From Microthyrium microscopicum (lineage: Eukaryota): a DNA stretch of 64,000 nt. The position numbers and the translations under genes were made by a program. The notes under the pieces are model-generated. The model was not told the DNA's origin and searched no databases. It saw nothing but the letters and a program-made list of their open reading frames with translations. The DNA is taken from NCBI GenBank assembly GCA_010405405.1, contig MU004233.1, positions 1,439,122-1,503,121 on the forward strand. Reading direction: 5' to 3'. Of this stretch, positions 49,662-61,191 are shown piece after piece (position 1 is the stretch's first letter; each line of letters begins with the position of its first letter).

Positions 49662-50810
49662 ATGTACGCGCCTCGCAGTCAACAACCACCAGCAGCCCGG
49701 TCCGAGACCAGCTCAGAACAAGAGCTGGGAAAGCTTTACTACAACTATAACCTGGATGCTTATGCCTACAATGACAAAGCACACGGCGATGTGTGGATGC
49801 GCATTCGCGTTTCTGGCCGCGAGCCCGAGCGTGTATCAGCCCGCTCCGGAAACACTCAGCTTACAATAGACGAACTCATGCTATCTGGTCCAGACTTTGG
49901 TATAGGTGGGGACACCTTGGGCTTGTGGGTGGGTGTCTCGCCTGTTGACGCACACTTGCATCGCTCAAAGGAAGGCAACGCGAAGCCATGCGCCAAGAAG
50001 TATTCAGTGAATCAGTGGATCAATGTGCAGTCTCCCGATTTCAATACTCTATCTCACGATCCAAACGCGAGACCTGTAGTCGCCGGCTGGTACCATGAGA
50101 TGCTACAGTTTCGCAAGCTCCTGCATCCCAACAGCAATGGGGTTTCCATGGCTGTGAGCGTGGGTGCCGAGGAAGTGTTCTTTGCTCCCCAATACCGTGA
50201 CGATCATGTCACCGGTCTTCCTAGCCGCAGGGCGGCGTGGAACGGCTTGGTGAAAAGTGCGTTGAGGCAACGCGGTCGGACAGCCAATGGACGAGATGCA
50301 GGCCGTACCACACTTAATGACCTAGAAGGTCTGGCAGATGAAGTTGCGGAACAGACGAACGACGAGGAAGACGACAACGAGGGTGAGGGTCAGACAGCCA
50401 TGTCTGACGCAGACAGTCGGCTAGATTTCACATCTATACGCCACCAGAACACCTCGCGTTCATACTCTCGAGAGTCTCGACGGAGCCACCACCAATTAAC
50501 ATCCAATGTTTCCCGTGATACGGTTCGACCTACGGGCGGTAGAGCAGGCACTGGAGGAAGCACATCAAGTGGAGCGGAAAGCAGAGTCGCGAGTGAATAT
50601 GCTACTCAGTCTCGCATGATCAGGGAGGAAAGACTCATCGCCCATGCTGATCGCCAGACTGGTGCTATGTCAAACGGCGACGAAGACAGAGAAGAAGAAG
50701 AGGAGAACGAAACAGAGGTGGTCATTCACATTTCATCCAAGTCTGTTGGCAAAATCTCCATTGTCAACTCGAGCAGCACAAAAACCAACTTCAAGATCAC
50801 GTTGGAGTAG
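49662..50810 (+). CDS. Hypothetical protein, tandem family copy 1 (382 aa, intronless)
   Basis: MYAPR start, LGKLYYNYNLDAY, LWVGVSP, EVFFAPQYRDD, GRTTLNDL, acidic then Arg/Ser-rich tracts, VSRDTV, IHISS. Confidence 0.85.
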   Translation: MYAPRSQQPPAARSETSSEQELGKLYYNYNLDAYAYNDKAHGDVWMRIRVSGREPERVSARSGNTQLTIDELMLSGPDFGIGGDTLGLWVGVSPVDAHLHRSKEGNAKPCAKKYSVNQWINVQSPDFNTLSHDPNARPVVAGWYHEMLQFRKLLHPNSNGVSMAVSVGAEEVFFAPQYRDDHVTGLPSRRAAWNGLVKSALRQRGRTANGRDAGRTTLNDLEGLADEVAEQTNDEEDDNEGEGQTAMSDADSRLDFTSIRHQNTSRSYSRESRRSHHQLTSNVSRDTVRPTGGRAGTGGSTSSGAESRVASEYATQSRMIREERLIAHADRQTGAMSNGDEDREEEEENETEVVIHISSKSVGKISIVNSSSTKTNFKITLE

Positions 50811-51565
50811 ATTCCGACTCGGTATCAGTCTCCTCGTGATGGACTCAGGTTTACTCTGTATAGGAACATCTTTTGTAAACGAAACCTGAATAGTCCATCC
50901 TGAATGCCAACGATTGACTTCATGATATATCTTCTCTACACTGACATTATCCACTGAGTACTGTCTGTTATGCCAAGGGAATCGTTAAATCTGTATTTTC
51001 ACTGCACTAAATTATCGTCAGTTTATTGCCTTATCAGAATGCTGACCTTCAAACATGACGACAGGAAGAAGGGCATGCTCTCATTATTTCTTTAACTATT
51101 TCATTCCTGTGTCGCCGTTGTCTTCGAACGCGCAACCGACAGACAACGAGAACGGCACGCCTACAGCAGCTTCTTCAGAAGATGCGATGGTAGTAGACGC
51201 TGCCTCCATAGCAGGGCGCCTTTTAGATGCTCAACCCGATAACGCTTTCACTTCTTTCGCTCTCAGTGTGGAAATTGCTCTGCATGAGTTTTCGAGTTGG
51301 TGACCGGCGTGTATGGACTTCATGGGGTGCCTACAGTAGGTACTAGAAAATCCGACTGAAGTACGCCACAATCCATTGCTTTTTCTATGGATCCTCATGA
51401 CTGGACGCGTCGCATAAAGGTATTTCCAAATCAATTCAACGACCACAATCATTGATCCATTTTCCTCTACCTCAAGACGGTGTATAACAATAAACACATT
51501 TACTCCTAGCACACCTAAAACACCAGTCGGCGCTGGAGATTGCAAATACTGGATCCTGCTATATC

Positions 51566-52987
51566 ATGTACGCGACTCGGTCCCCGCAGCAAGCGCAATT
51601 TAGACCTTCTGAACAACCAGACTTTGGCTCGCGACGGCAAGAGGCAGCGCTGGATTTTTCAAAATTATTCTACAACACCAACCTGGATGCATACAGGTGT
51701 GAGCAGAAGCCTCCTGGTGATGTCTGGCTCCGAGTTCGCCACGTAGGTAGACCTGATACCAATACCAACAAAACGATTCGAGACTACACGGCGCCTGCCC
51801 GTATAACTCCGACGCGCGCCGAACTTAATCTAGACAACACTGATGATCGATCGCGAGTATTATGGATTGGCATGTCGCCAGCAAGAGCCAAGGACCACAG
51901 CGCGCGATACTGGTGTCCAATCGAAAAGATTCATGTCAAACGATACAAACTCTCTGCTAATGAGTCACTGGAGTCGCGGATCAGGGATAAACCACACGAA
52001 ACCAACATACTGGATCCATGTAGCAAAGTGCTTCGGGTTGTGGCAACATTCACAGAATCGACCAAATCAGTGATATTTCGGGCTTTAGTAGAGCCGGACG
52101 CGGATGGTGTTTGCTGTGCTTTGAGGCTTTCGCTTGACGAGGTTTTCTTTGCGCCGGAATACCGCGACGATACAATTTCGAAGCTGGAGAAGCGCTCTGT
52201 TGTTTGGAAGCAGCTGGTCAACGCGGCAACACAACGATATGGCGGGCGAGTGGTGGCTGAGACGTTGGAGCGGCCTATTGTGGCTCTGGAGAAGCCGTCA
52301 CTCACCAGGAGAGCAGGGGAATATTTAACACTAGACGATTTCACGAATGTTTTGACTCCGCAGACCGAACATGATGAGTTCGCGGTAAAAAATACTGATA
52401 CCGAGGATGAAGACTATATTGAAGACGAAGACGATGAAGACGAGGAGGAACAGGCAGAAGATGAACAAGAGCAGGAGGCAGAAGGCGAACTCGAGTACAG
52501 TGCGATAGCACGACGTTTTAGTTCAGCTCGGAAACAAAAGTCGGCTTCGTCGTCCCGACTATTGCATAGCCCAAAGGTTTCCCGAGATGCTGTCAGCAAA
52601 AGAACCAGCAGAGAACGGAGGGTAACTAAAGAGCTTGGCCAAACCGGTGGAGGAAGCAGATCAAAGGGCTCACGGGGTGCCAGTACGGCAAGTCATCGCG
52701 AGAGCCTTCGCTCACTTCGTAGTCCTATGGACGAGCCCAGCGCCAGCCGTGAAAGAGAGGCCCAAGCAGAAGGACCTAACCGATCAGAAGTCCTGCAAGG
52801 TGATCATGGCGCCAATGGCACGATTGACCAAGAAACTACGGACGAACACCGTGAAGAAGCTGATATACAGGTACATGTCTCGGTCGGCGGCTCTTTGCTT
52901 ACTATCAGAGATGTGGAGTTTTTGATTCCGAGATATAATGGCGCTTCGACTGGGAGAAGACCAAGAATCAAGCTCACACATGATTGA
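51566..52987 (+). CDS. Hypothetical protein, tandem family copy 2 (473 aa, intronless)
   Basis: MYATR start, FSKLFYNTNLDAY, LWIGMSP, EVFFAPEYRDD, acidic tract, KVSRDAV, VHVSV. Confidence 0.88.
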   Translation: MYATRSPQQAQFRPSEQPDFGSRRQEAALDFSKLFYNTNLDAYRCEQKPPGDVWLRVRHVGRPDTNTNKTIRDYTAPARITPTRAELNLDNTDDRSRVLWIGMSPARAKDHSARYWCPIEKIHVKRYKLSANESLESRIRDKPHETNILDPCSKVLRVVATFTESTKSVIFRALVEPDADGVCCALRLSLDEVFFAPEYRDDTISKLEKRSVVWKQLVNAATQRYGGRVVAETLERPIVALEKPSLTRRAGEYLTLDDFTNVLTPQTEHDEFAVKNTDTEDEDYIEDEDDEDEEEQAEDEQEQEAEGELEYSAIARRFSSARKQKSASSSRLLHSPKVSRDAVSKRTSRERRVTKELGQTGGGSRSKGSRGASTASHRESLRSLRSPMDEPSASREREAQAEGPNRSEVLQGDHGANGTIDQETTDEHREEADIQVHVSVGGSLLTIRDVEFLIPRYNGASTGRRPRIKLTHD

Positions 52988-53431
52988 TTTCGAGGACGCG
53001 AGTTAGGCAAGACCGCCCACAGGACAACAAGATAGATGGGGCTCGTTGACGGCTTCTGCTTATAAGCTTTGTCTTCTTTCCTCCCATCTTCTCCGATACT
53101 ATCACGCAGTCAATATTCTCAGGCACGGTATGACCAACATATGATCCTCTTGTTTCTAGCCATAAGTTCCAAAGTGTGAGACTAAATCGTTATCAAGTTC
53201 TATTTCCATCTATCGCCTCTGTCAATATGATCACTTTCGATACTTATGCACCGGCCTACTAAGGCAAACGAGTCGCAAACTCGCCGCGTACAGCTAATAA
53301 AAGGGTTTACTTTTTGAGGAACTTGAAACAAATGACGGAGCGGACCCATTGCTCCATCTCATGTGGTTACTCAAAGTATCTAATATTGCTAAACTCACGT
53401 TCAATGGCTCTTTTAGGCATATATTTCGCCA

Positions 53432-53651
53432 TCACGAGTATATAGAGGACGAGGAAAAGCAGGAAGAATCCGAAAGTGAGCAAACCGGTGCCTCCACGAG
53501 ACGTAGCCGGCGACATTCTACATCTATCAGCCCACACAATATCCCAAGGTCAGAATCTCGTCGAAACACCCGCGGAATGGCACGTAGCGTGGCCCGCGGT
53601 GCTGTTCAGAAGACTGCTACCGGTCCATCATTCATTCAATCGGCTTCGTGA
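53432..53651 (+). pseudogene. Possible truncated remnant of the tandem family (acidic/basic region only)
   Basis: EYIEDEEKQEESESEQ then Arg/Ser-rich stretch and VARGAVQK, matching DYIEDED (copy 2), VARDAIQK (copy 3) and VARKAIQK (copy 4); N-terminal domain absent. Confidence 0.45.
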
Positions 53652-54104
53652 TATCCCTATTGTCAGATTTTGGCTGCGCAACCATAGTCACTTCAATCTC
53701 TGTTCAGGCTTTGGCTTCGGCAAGGAGAATGCGATGGCCGTGTGCCGACCGATGGGTCGAGGAAATACATGGGCTGCCAGGCTGCTTCTCGAGTGTTTGG
53801 CCTCCATTCAAAAGTCTAGAAATGTCGATTATTCATCGGACGTGCTGAAAAGTCAAGCATCTTCTCATTATCGAGTGCGGTGGGAGCGTGCCATTTAAAT
53901 ATTTTGTCGACCGGTTGGGAAGCTTGAATGGGAAAGGGGTACTAAAAGTGGGTACGCCACATCAAATTTGCTTGTCCCGTACCGCGTACAACCTCTCGCG
54001 TACACCATCTCCCTCTGATACTCTTGCTTTGCATTTACATCCATATCCTCGACACGACATTCTTCCATTAGTTGCCATCCCTTGCAAGAGCTCGAGTTAC
54101 TGCA

Positions 54105-55493
54105 ATGTACGCACCACGCATTCCAGGTCTACCCGCTACCTCACAGCGCAAGACAAATCTAACAACAGAGGAGTCTCCAAATCTCTCAAAATTATTCTAC
54201 AATTTCAATCTTGACGGCTACGCGTATCCAAAGGCGCCCGGCCATGAATGGATCCTAGTACGTCGAATAGGCCGTACGACCATCGATCCGCCGAAGGACA
54301 AGCCCGAATATGCGCTCTGGGTTGGAATGTCGCCCACGTTTGCGGCAGAGCATGCTTATGAACAAATGGTCCCCGGATCAGGAGGAAACAGGCGCAAGTT
54401 CAATATTAAACCTACCGGCAGAGGGGCATTGGAAGAGAAGTTACGCGAAAAGCCGGATGAGATTGTGGTTCTCGATCACGACCCACTCGCTGCAAAGGTA
54501 GTGGTGGGTCCATTCAAGAAGGGGGGACAGCTGCAGTATCGCAAGCTAGCCAACCCTACCGGCCCTGGGGGTCTATGCGAAGCTCTCACTGTGCATGCGT
54601 CTGAGGTTTTCTTTGCGCCTGAGTATCGAGACGACACGATTCGAAGACAAGATGGACGACCAGTAGTATGGAATGGCAAGGTCAAGGAGATATTGAACCA
54701 AGGTCGTCCGGATTGTCCTCCCACGCTGTCAGCTAGACAGAATGCTGGGCGTATTACGCTAAAGGATCTGGATTGCAGGGACAGTGAAGAGGAGGAGGGT
54801 GTTGACGATGCGGATGAAGGTTTTGAACACGCGAACGAGGTTACGGAGGAGGAAATCCCTCAGGATCGACGTTCTTCCGCTGCAGATAGCGAATATGAAG
54901 GGCTCGAAAATACAGAACATGAAGAAGAAAGTCTCCACCCGGATTCCGAAGGATTTGAGAGCAGAGAGTTTGAGACTGAAGAAGAGCCTAACAATCCAGT
55001 CCGACAAAATAGTCATGGTTTCCGCACGCCAGCTCGCAGAAGAACAGAGGTTTCCGCATCTCAAGCGCTACGACGCAGCGGACGTCATCCCAAGGTGGCC
55101 CGGGATGCTATTCAAAAGGCGTCAAGCAGCGCAGGTAAAAGAAAATCTGACAGACCAACCTTTCGTGGCCGAGCAAACAGAGATACCGAGATGCTCGAAC
55201 CTGTCATCACGACATCCAGTACAAGACGTGGCAGAGGACCTGGCAGATTATCTGGCAGTAAAAGCGATCAAAGAGGTAGTCAGCATGCAAATCAGCAGTC
55301 CATCACTAGCACCATGGCCGAGGGGGAAGCAGATGCAACCGCATCTAACACTCAGACTGATGAGGGACAAGAGCTATCGATTCATATTTCTTCGGAGGGA
55401 CCCGTCATCAACACTCCTCACTGGACGGCAACAATCGTTCGATCTGGTACTGACGCTGACGGCAAGAAGCCTCATTTCAGGATTACCTATTGA
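54105..55493 (+). CDS. Hypothetical protein, tandem family copy 3 (462 aa, intronless)
   Basis: MYAPR start, LSKLFYNFNLDGY, LWVGMSP, EVFFAPEYRDD, GRITLKDL, KVARDAIQK, IHISSEGPVINTPHWTATI. Confidence 0.88.
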   Translation: MYAPRIPGLPATSQRKTNLTTEESPNLSKLFYNFNLDGYAYPKAPGHEWILVRRIGRTTIDPPKDKPEYALWVGMSPTFAAEHAYEQMVPGSGGNRRKFNIKPTGRGALEEKLREKPDEIVVLDHDPLAAKVVVGPFKKGGQLQYRKLANPTGPGGLCEALTVHASEVFFAPEYRDDTIRRQDGRPVVWNGKVKEILNQGRPDCPPTLSARQNAGRITLKDLDCRDSEEEEGVDDADEGFEHANEVTEEEIPQDRRSSAADSEYEGLENTEHEEESLHPDSEGFESREFETEEEPNNPVRQNSHGFRTPARRRTEVSASQALRRSGRHPKVARDAIQKASSSAGKRKSDRPTFRGRANRDTEMLEPVITTSSTRRGRGPGRLSGSKSDQRGSQHANQQSITSTMAEGEADATASNTQTDEGQELSIHISSEGPVINTPHWTATIVRSGTDADGKKPHFRITY

Positions 55494-56413
55494 TGCCAAA
55501 AGGAAATAACTTCAATTTTCATGTATTCTAAACAGAGCCCGCGAGTAAATAAAGAGTCAAATGATGTTTTGACCATGAGATGCGATAGTAGATATCGTAG
55601 TCGATGGCAAAGATCGCACGCCATGGAAGCCAGACAAAATGTTTGCCAGTCTGATTAACGCTCAAATTCCAGACAATAAAATCGGTAGCCAACATCAAAA
55701 GACTGAATTTATCAAGGAGATCTGTATTCAATGATGCATCATAAAGAAGCGCTAGTATCTGCCTGACGCTGTATGACTGTAGACTACAGATACCAACCAT
55801 TGCACCATCGAATGCAGAGAAGCTGTCGCCATATAACCTTCGCTGCTATAACATCTTGATTCCAGCTTTGTTCGAAGAATAAAACAATAGAAATAACACT
55901 TAAGCTATTGCAGTTAGGTATTTGTGCCAGCCAGCACATATCATGGCCGGCTCAAAATGAGAAATGCTCCTGCTTGCTGCCAGGTCCATGAACGAGTCTT
56001 TTTTCGTAACTAAGTCAAACCCCCTTTGGATTTCTACTAAACAGTATGTGGTAACGGTTTTGATTGATACAGAGGGTGCTGATTGGAAGTGTGGCTTCCC
56101 CTTTTTGAAGGTCAACACCAAAAAAATCGCATCTAAGTCCATATGCTCAGCACGTGCTATACAGACTTGTCCAGATACTCAGTAAGTTCACAGTCAATGT
56201 TTTGGTCCGAGCGCGTCTTTGACCTACTTGCAATCGCCATTCTATTCTGCCACTCCCCGTTGCCTTTCATCACCACCACCACCATCATCGCCCTTCTCCA
56301 TCACTACTTCATATCGCCAACTGCGATAACAAACAGTCCGAGAGCAAAGCGCTATCATTTCCTCGACGCTACCTTGCCGCACCACGCATCATCCGCATAC
56401 CCTCATTGACAAC

Positions 56414-57610
56414 ATGTACGGTACTCGCCAGTCCACCGATCAGCCTGGCTCGCGACGAAACCAACCTACCATTCCTGACCTACCGAAATACTTCTACAAT
56501 CTCAATCTAGATGCGTATGCGTGCCCAGAAAAGCCGCCAGGGGATGTTCTGCTTCGAGTTCAGCGTTTTGGTCAGGCTCAGAAACAGCGTCCTTTGAGAA
56601 GCTGCGCGCCATCCCTTACCATTTCACCTTCTCCTGCCGAGCTCGACTACGCCGGCGCCGGTGAAGAAACCTTAGGTCTATGGGTTGGAATGACGCCTAG
56701 CAACGCAAAATCTCTCGGTAACATACGCCAGCAACGAGATAATTCGGCTCAAGGTGCTCTGACACCACTGATTCGTGATGATCCAGCCAGTATCTCCATT
56801 GTCCCCCGAGATCCTCAAGCTTTTCGAGTAGTGGTCTCCTTCAAAGAAAACGCGATTCGGTTCCACGCTCTCGTCGATCCCAACTCAAACAATCTCTGCG
56901 AGGCGATTCTTGTAACTCGCGCGGAGGTGTTCTTTGCGCCTGAGTATCGAGACGACATGACAACAACCTGGGTGAGACGCAAGATTACATGGCATGAGCG
57001 GCTGTCCGCTGCAATAACGTTAGTGCGAGCTTGGCGGCTAATAGGAATGCGCGACCCTGGCCGAAGAACACTGGACAGCTTGGATGGTGGTAGTCAAGAT
57101 GAGGATGACTTTGAAGATGCGCCCGACTATCTGGAAGATGAAGATGAAGGCGATCACGGACAGCAACATCTTGGTCGTCCCACAGACGAGGAAGACACGG
57201 ATTATCTTGACAATGAGGATGAAGATGACGAATTTGAAGGCCAGCCAATCCGTAGAAACCGCCTCACGTCTAGACGGTTTCTCAATTCAAGATCTCTGCC
57301 TGGACGAAGTCGAACGTCGACCAAAGTTGCGAGAAAGGCCATCCAAAAATCAACAAGTGCAAGTCGTAGAGGTAGTCGTCATGAAGCTCGGCTCGCAACT
57401 CGCAGCAGAGCCGCCGAGAACGTCATTGAGCTGGACGATCGATTTGTCGACAATGAGAATGACCACGTTGAGGATTTAGTGGAGAGTGAGGAGAAGGATA
57501 TTCAGCTTCAAATGTCAGAAGAAGGTCCTGTCATCACCACCAAAGACTGGACAATCACAGTTACTCGAAACAAGACGGGCAAAAAGGCTAACTTAAAGGT
57601 CATTGTTTAG
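56414..57610 (+). CDS. Hypothetical protein, tandem family copy 4 (398 aa, intronless)
   Basis: MYGTR start, LPKYFYNLNLDAY, LWVGMTP, EVFFAPEYRDD, GRRTLDSL, KVARKAIQK, LQMSEEGPVITTKDWTITV. Confidence 0.88.
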   Translation: MYGTRQSTDQPGSRRNQPTIPDLPKYFYNLNLDAYACPEKPPGDVLLRVQRFGQAQKQRPLRSCAPSLTISPSPAELDYAGAGEETLGLWVGMTPSNAKSLGNIRQQRDNSAQGALTPLIRDDPASISIVPRDPQAFRVVVSFKENAIRFHALVDPNSNNLCEAILVTRAEVFFAPEYRDDMTTTWVRRKITWHERLSAAITLVRAWRLIGMRDPGRRTLDSLDGGSQDEDDFEDAPDYLEDEDEGDHGQQHLGRPTDEEDTDYLDNEDEDDEFEGQPIRRNRLTSRRFLNSRSLPGRSRTSTKVARKAIQKSTSASRRGSRHEARLATRSRAAENVIELDDRFVDNENDHVEDLVESEEKDIQLQMSEEGPVITTKDWTITVTRNKTGKKANLKVIV

Positions 57611-59329
57611 TCCTTTGTTGCAGGCAGGGATAGAATAACAGGATGCTGATGCTACACAGGGTCAAACAGTAATCTGTCAGTTGTTGCTACTTTAAAGTAA
57701 TTGAATAAAGTCAGAAGTTTTGGTTTGGAAGAGAACACTTTGTGATATCATCTGATGTTCTCACTGGCGTTTTGACATAATAAGCCTGAAGGCTGAAATC
57801 CCAACGCTAAGACCTTGCATAAGGCAGGAACTTGCTTTAATATCAGATGGGCGTTAGTGGCGCTTGTACATTATTTTAACGACAGTAACGGCTCCCGTTA
57901 TTAGAGTGTATTTGAGACTTGTACAGAGTTTTACCTTTATGTCTTGATCGCATTGATAAGCTAATTATTTCTTCTCGCTGCATATTAGGCAAGATTTTTG
58001 TAAAGCCAGCTAGAAACTCGAAATATATAAGGCGTCGACAATGAATCTTAGATGACTAAAACCATTTTCAGCTATAGCTATATAAGCACGTACGAAACTT
58101 TTTAGGAAACTTAGATGAATCTCGACTTACTTTTTCAATCTCTTTTCTTCAACTTCTCTTTTCTTCAACTTGTCTGCTTCAACCTCTCCCACTCTTCAAT
58201 ATCATGGCAGAAAGTCGCAAAAACCAAGTACTGGAAACGATCCGCCAGCTCGCTCTACAACTCATAGCGATGGCCCTTCTGCCTCTTCTACTTCAATGCT
58301 AGAAGAAAATTCGACTAAAAGGTTCGTTGGTAACCGTTGCTCCTCTCTGTTTTGGAAGCCCCCCTCGCCGACATAAAACGGTCAAAAGTCCATCGAGTGC
58401 GATGGGAGCTTTAGTATATCTTATTGATTAGGGGATGTGATGGCAGTTATCCCATTTGATGGCAAACTGTGACATACGTCGTCCAGCTGTGAAAAATCGA
58501 CATTGGAGTTGAAGTTTTGTACGTAGTCAACGACTCAAGGTAACCTTGTACGGTAATCGAAGCAAGACGTGGCAGGGATATTGCTATACGCTAGCGTCAG
58601 CCTAATGGCACGGCAAGGAAACCAATTGATCGAATCAATTCGATCGCTATAATTAGACTGCATTGGTCTCGACTGCAGGTACCGCTTCATTAATTACAAG
58701 GCTGAAGAACCTGATACGTTAACGTCGAGCTCCTTGCCATTCAAACGTTCCACAAGAACCATGGCGCAATCCCATCGAGTGTGATGTATCCCATCGTAGC
58801 ATGTCGTGAATGAGTGCTGCTTTAGTTCCCAGCCCATTCGATGGGTGTAGGTGGTTTGCAAATTAAATACATCATCGGGCACCTAAAAACAAAGCATAGT
58901 GAAGATTAGGCTTCGCGTCTTTCTGCAGGGCGGCATTATTTTGTCCATCGGTTGTTTAACTTTCGAAGTTTAGCGTATGGTAGGATTGATTTGCTGCAAC
59001 CCAGACCGGCATGTCCAGAAATTTCCCTGTCGAAAATCATCTATATTAAGCAGTAAGATGACCCAATGGAGGCTGATGCCAGTAATGTGTGTCACTGGGT
59101 AGTACAAAGCCAATGGAAACTAGACTACCAATCTGAGTTTAGTCTTCACAACGTGCAACTTCACTTTGAAAACCATAATAAGTACCGCGTCTTCCCAAGT
59201 TCTAAGAATGATTTGACATATGAAGCACAACTTCAAATTCTCTACCTCGCCAAACTCTTTTTTGCCTAATCCGCCGACAGAAATACCTTTGAAGGTCGTC
59301 TCCACGTACTGAAATCAACTGCAAACAAA

Positions 59330-59941
59330 ATGAGATACTTCCTTACAGTGTCTCTTGTTCCACTTCTTTCATTTTTAGCAGTCGCAGCGCCAACAGCTCC
59401 AATTGTCACGCCAGTCCCTCTGTATCCTGGACAGTGTACAGGCTTTCCCAATTGGCAACGATCACCGGACGATATTACTGGAAGCTTCTATCTTACTCTC
59501 GATCAAGTTGACGACTCCAGCCTCAATGGATTGAGGAACAGCATCTCCGCCATCACTGGACCTGGTGGGCAAGGCTCCCGCGTCACATTCACTACCGAAA
59601 GAGACCTGGCTTTACCAGTCATGGCTTGTAAAAAGGGCGTCGTTGCCGAGAACTACGGCAGCGCTCCCTCACCAGTCACTTTCGAGGGAATTGGAACCAG
59701 TTACCAGGCTTACTACTCTACTGCCGGAGTCAACCTTCAAATTTACACCCACGAGATTGGTGGCGTTCAACAGGACGGCACTTTCATTGGAGTCAACAAT
59801 ATCACGACGTGGGGTTTGACGCTACAGAGTGGTACGATTGAGAACACCTACGACTATTACACAGCGAGACTACTAGGACCTGATAGCGGACCTCTTGGGG
59901 CAAGAGAAGTTACTGGCTTCGTTAAGCCAGTTGGACTGTGA
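59330..59941 (+). CDS. Secreted hypothetical protein (203 aa, beta-rich, 2 Cys)
   Basis: Signal peptide MRYFLTVSLVPLLSFLAVAAP; G/T/Y-rich mature region; intronless ORF. Confidence 0.75.
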   Translation: MRYFLTVSLVPLLSFLAVAAPTAPIVTPVPLYPGQCTGFPNWQRSPDDITGSFYLTLDQVDDSSLNGLRNSISAITGPGGQGSRVTFTTERDLALPVMACKKGVVAENYGSAPSPVTFEGIGTSYQAYYSTAGVNLQIYTHEIGGVQQDGTFIGVNNITTWGLTLQSGTIENTYDYYTARLLGPDSGPLGAREVTGFVKPVGL

Positions 59942-60264
59942 TTGCAAAGGCTTCTCAAGGAATTGGGGGAATGAGCCGGCCACGTTTGATTTAGTAATGT
60001 TAGAGAAAAGCTCAGTTATTATCTATGTCATCGCTTGATTCAAGACGGTACTCAACGTCGAATTGTATGAAGTGCGTCTGGGCTTTGTCGGCGACTGTGC
60101 GCCTTGTAAAGTCACATAGGAAGCAGTGTTTATATTTAGAGATCTTAATACAACCGGATTCAGTCAGCATCTCAAACAGTCGTGAAATCGTAGAGTACCG
60201 TCTCATTTCCTATAGTTTTGTGAACAAATGAACAGCATTACATAAAGAGCTTCATGTAATCGAC

Positions 60265-61191
60265 CTAGGCCAATTTTTTGACCATCATAAGCACACCTGA
60301 AAGGTTTCCCTGGATATATTCTGCTCCCTTCTCAACGCCTCCTTCTTGCAGCAGTCGCTCGAGCTCTCTTCTCTGAATCTTGACGACGTCTCGCTCGGTA
60401 CCAACGTCCTCTGGATGAGCTTCGCGCCAGCGTACCACGGGACTCAAAGTGCCTGCCATGATCTCGATCGTATTCATGTCCAGTTTCTGATCGCCAGCGT
60501 AGAAGTCAGTAGGATTGGAACCATCCCACTCGAGGCGGAAAAACGTATTTTTGTCTAGTACCGAAACAGGCTTGTCCAGTGTCCATGGTAAGGGAAGCTC
60601 CCGGTACAGGTCGCGCGCCAGCAAATTCCCTGGAGATATGTATGGTACGAGATGACGCTCCTCATGTTCTTTGAGAAATTTCTCGATTGCGGCGGCGTTA
60701 GGGACATCCGGGTGAACACTGAAAGAACCGGGACACCACAGCGCAATAGTGCCTCCTGGCTTCAAAATCTCCGCAGCACGGGGCCAAAAGGCAGACATAT
60801 CAATCCAATGAGCTGCTGATGCAACTGTGATCAGATCAATGCATGAGGCTGCAATTGATGGCGATAAGTTGTCTCCTAGTCCTTCGCCAGTGGACACTTC
60901 GTAACGGATAGGCTCATCCGCTTTCGCTGCTCCTCCCAGAGAACGAGCAGTCTCAATCATGCCTTCGGATGGATCAATACCAATGGCATAATCAAATTGA
61001 GGCGCTAATGCCGCGGCAACGGCCCCAGGCCCACAGCCGACATCTAGCAATGTACCAAGCTCCCCGCCAGTGGAGAAATGGTAGTCTATAACAGCTTTGT
61101 ACAGGTTCGGATGGTAGCCTCTACGGCCTTGGGAGTACTTCTTGCCTTCATCCTTTTTATAGGCTGCAAAGGTTGTGTCTTTGGAAGACAT
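60265..61191 (-). CDS. Class I SAM-dependent methyltransferase (Tmt1/Crg1 trans-aconitate methyltransferase-like)
   Basis: YSQGRRGY, LLDVGCGPG, GIDPSEGMI, DLITVASAAHW, LKPGGTIALW; first ATG at 61191. Confidence 0.9.
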   Translation of the reverse strand: MSSKDTTFAAYKKDEGKKYSQGRRGYHPNLYKAVIDYHFSTGGELGTLLDVGCGPGAVAAALAPQFDYAIGIDPSEGMIETARSLGGAAKADEPIRYEVSTGEGLGDNLSPSIAASCIDLITVASAAHWIDMSAFWPRAAEILKPGGTIALWCPGSFSVHPDVPNAAAIEKFLKEHEERHLVPYISPGNLLARDLYRELPLPWTLDKPVSVLDKNTFFRLEWDGSNPTDFYAGDQKLDMNTIEIMAGTLSPVVRWREAHPEDVGTERDVVKIQRRELERLLQEGGVEKGAEYIQGNLSGVLMMVKKLA

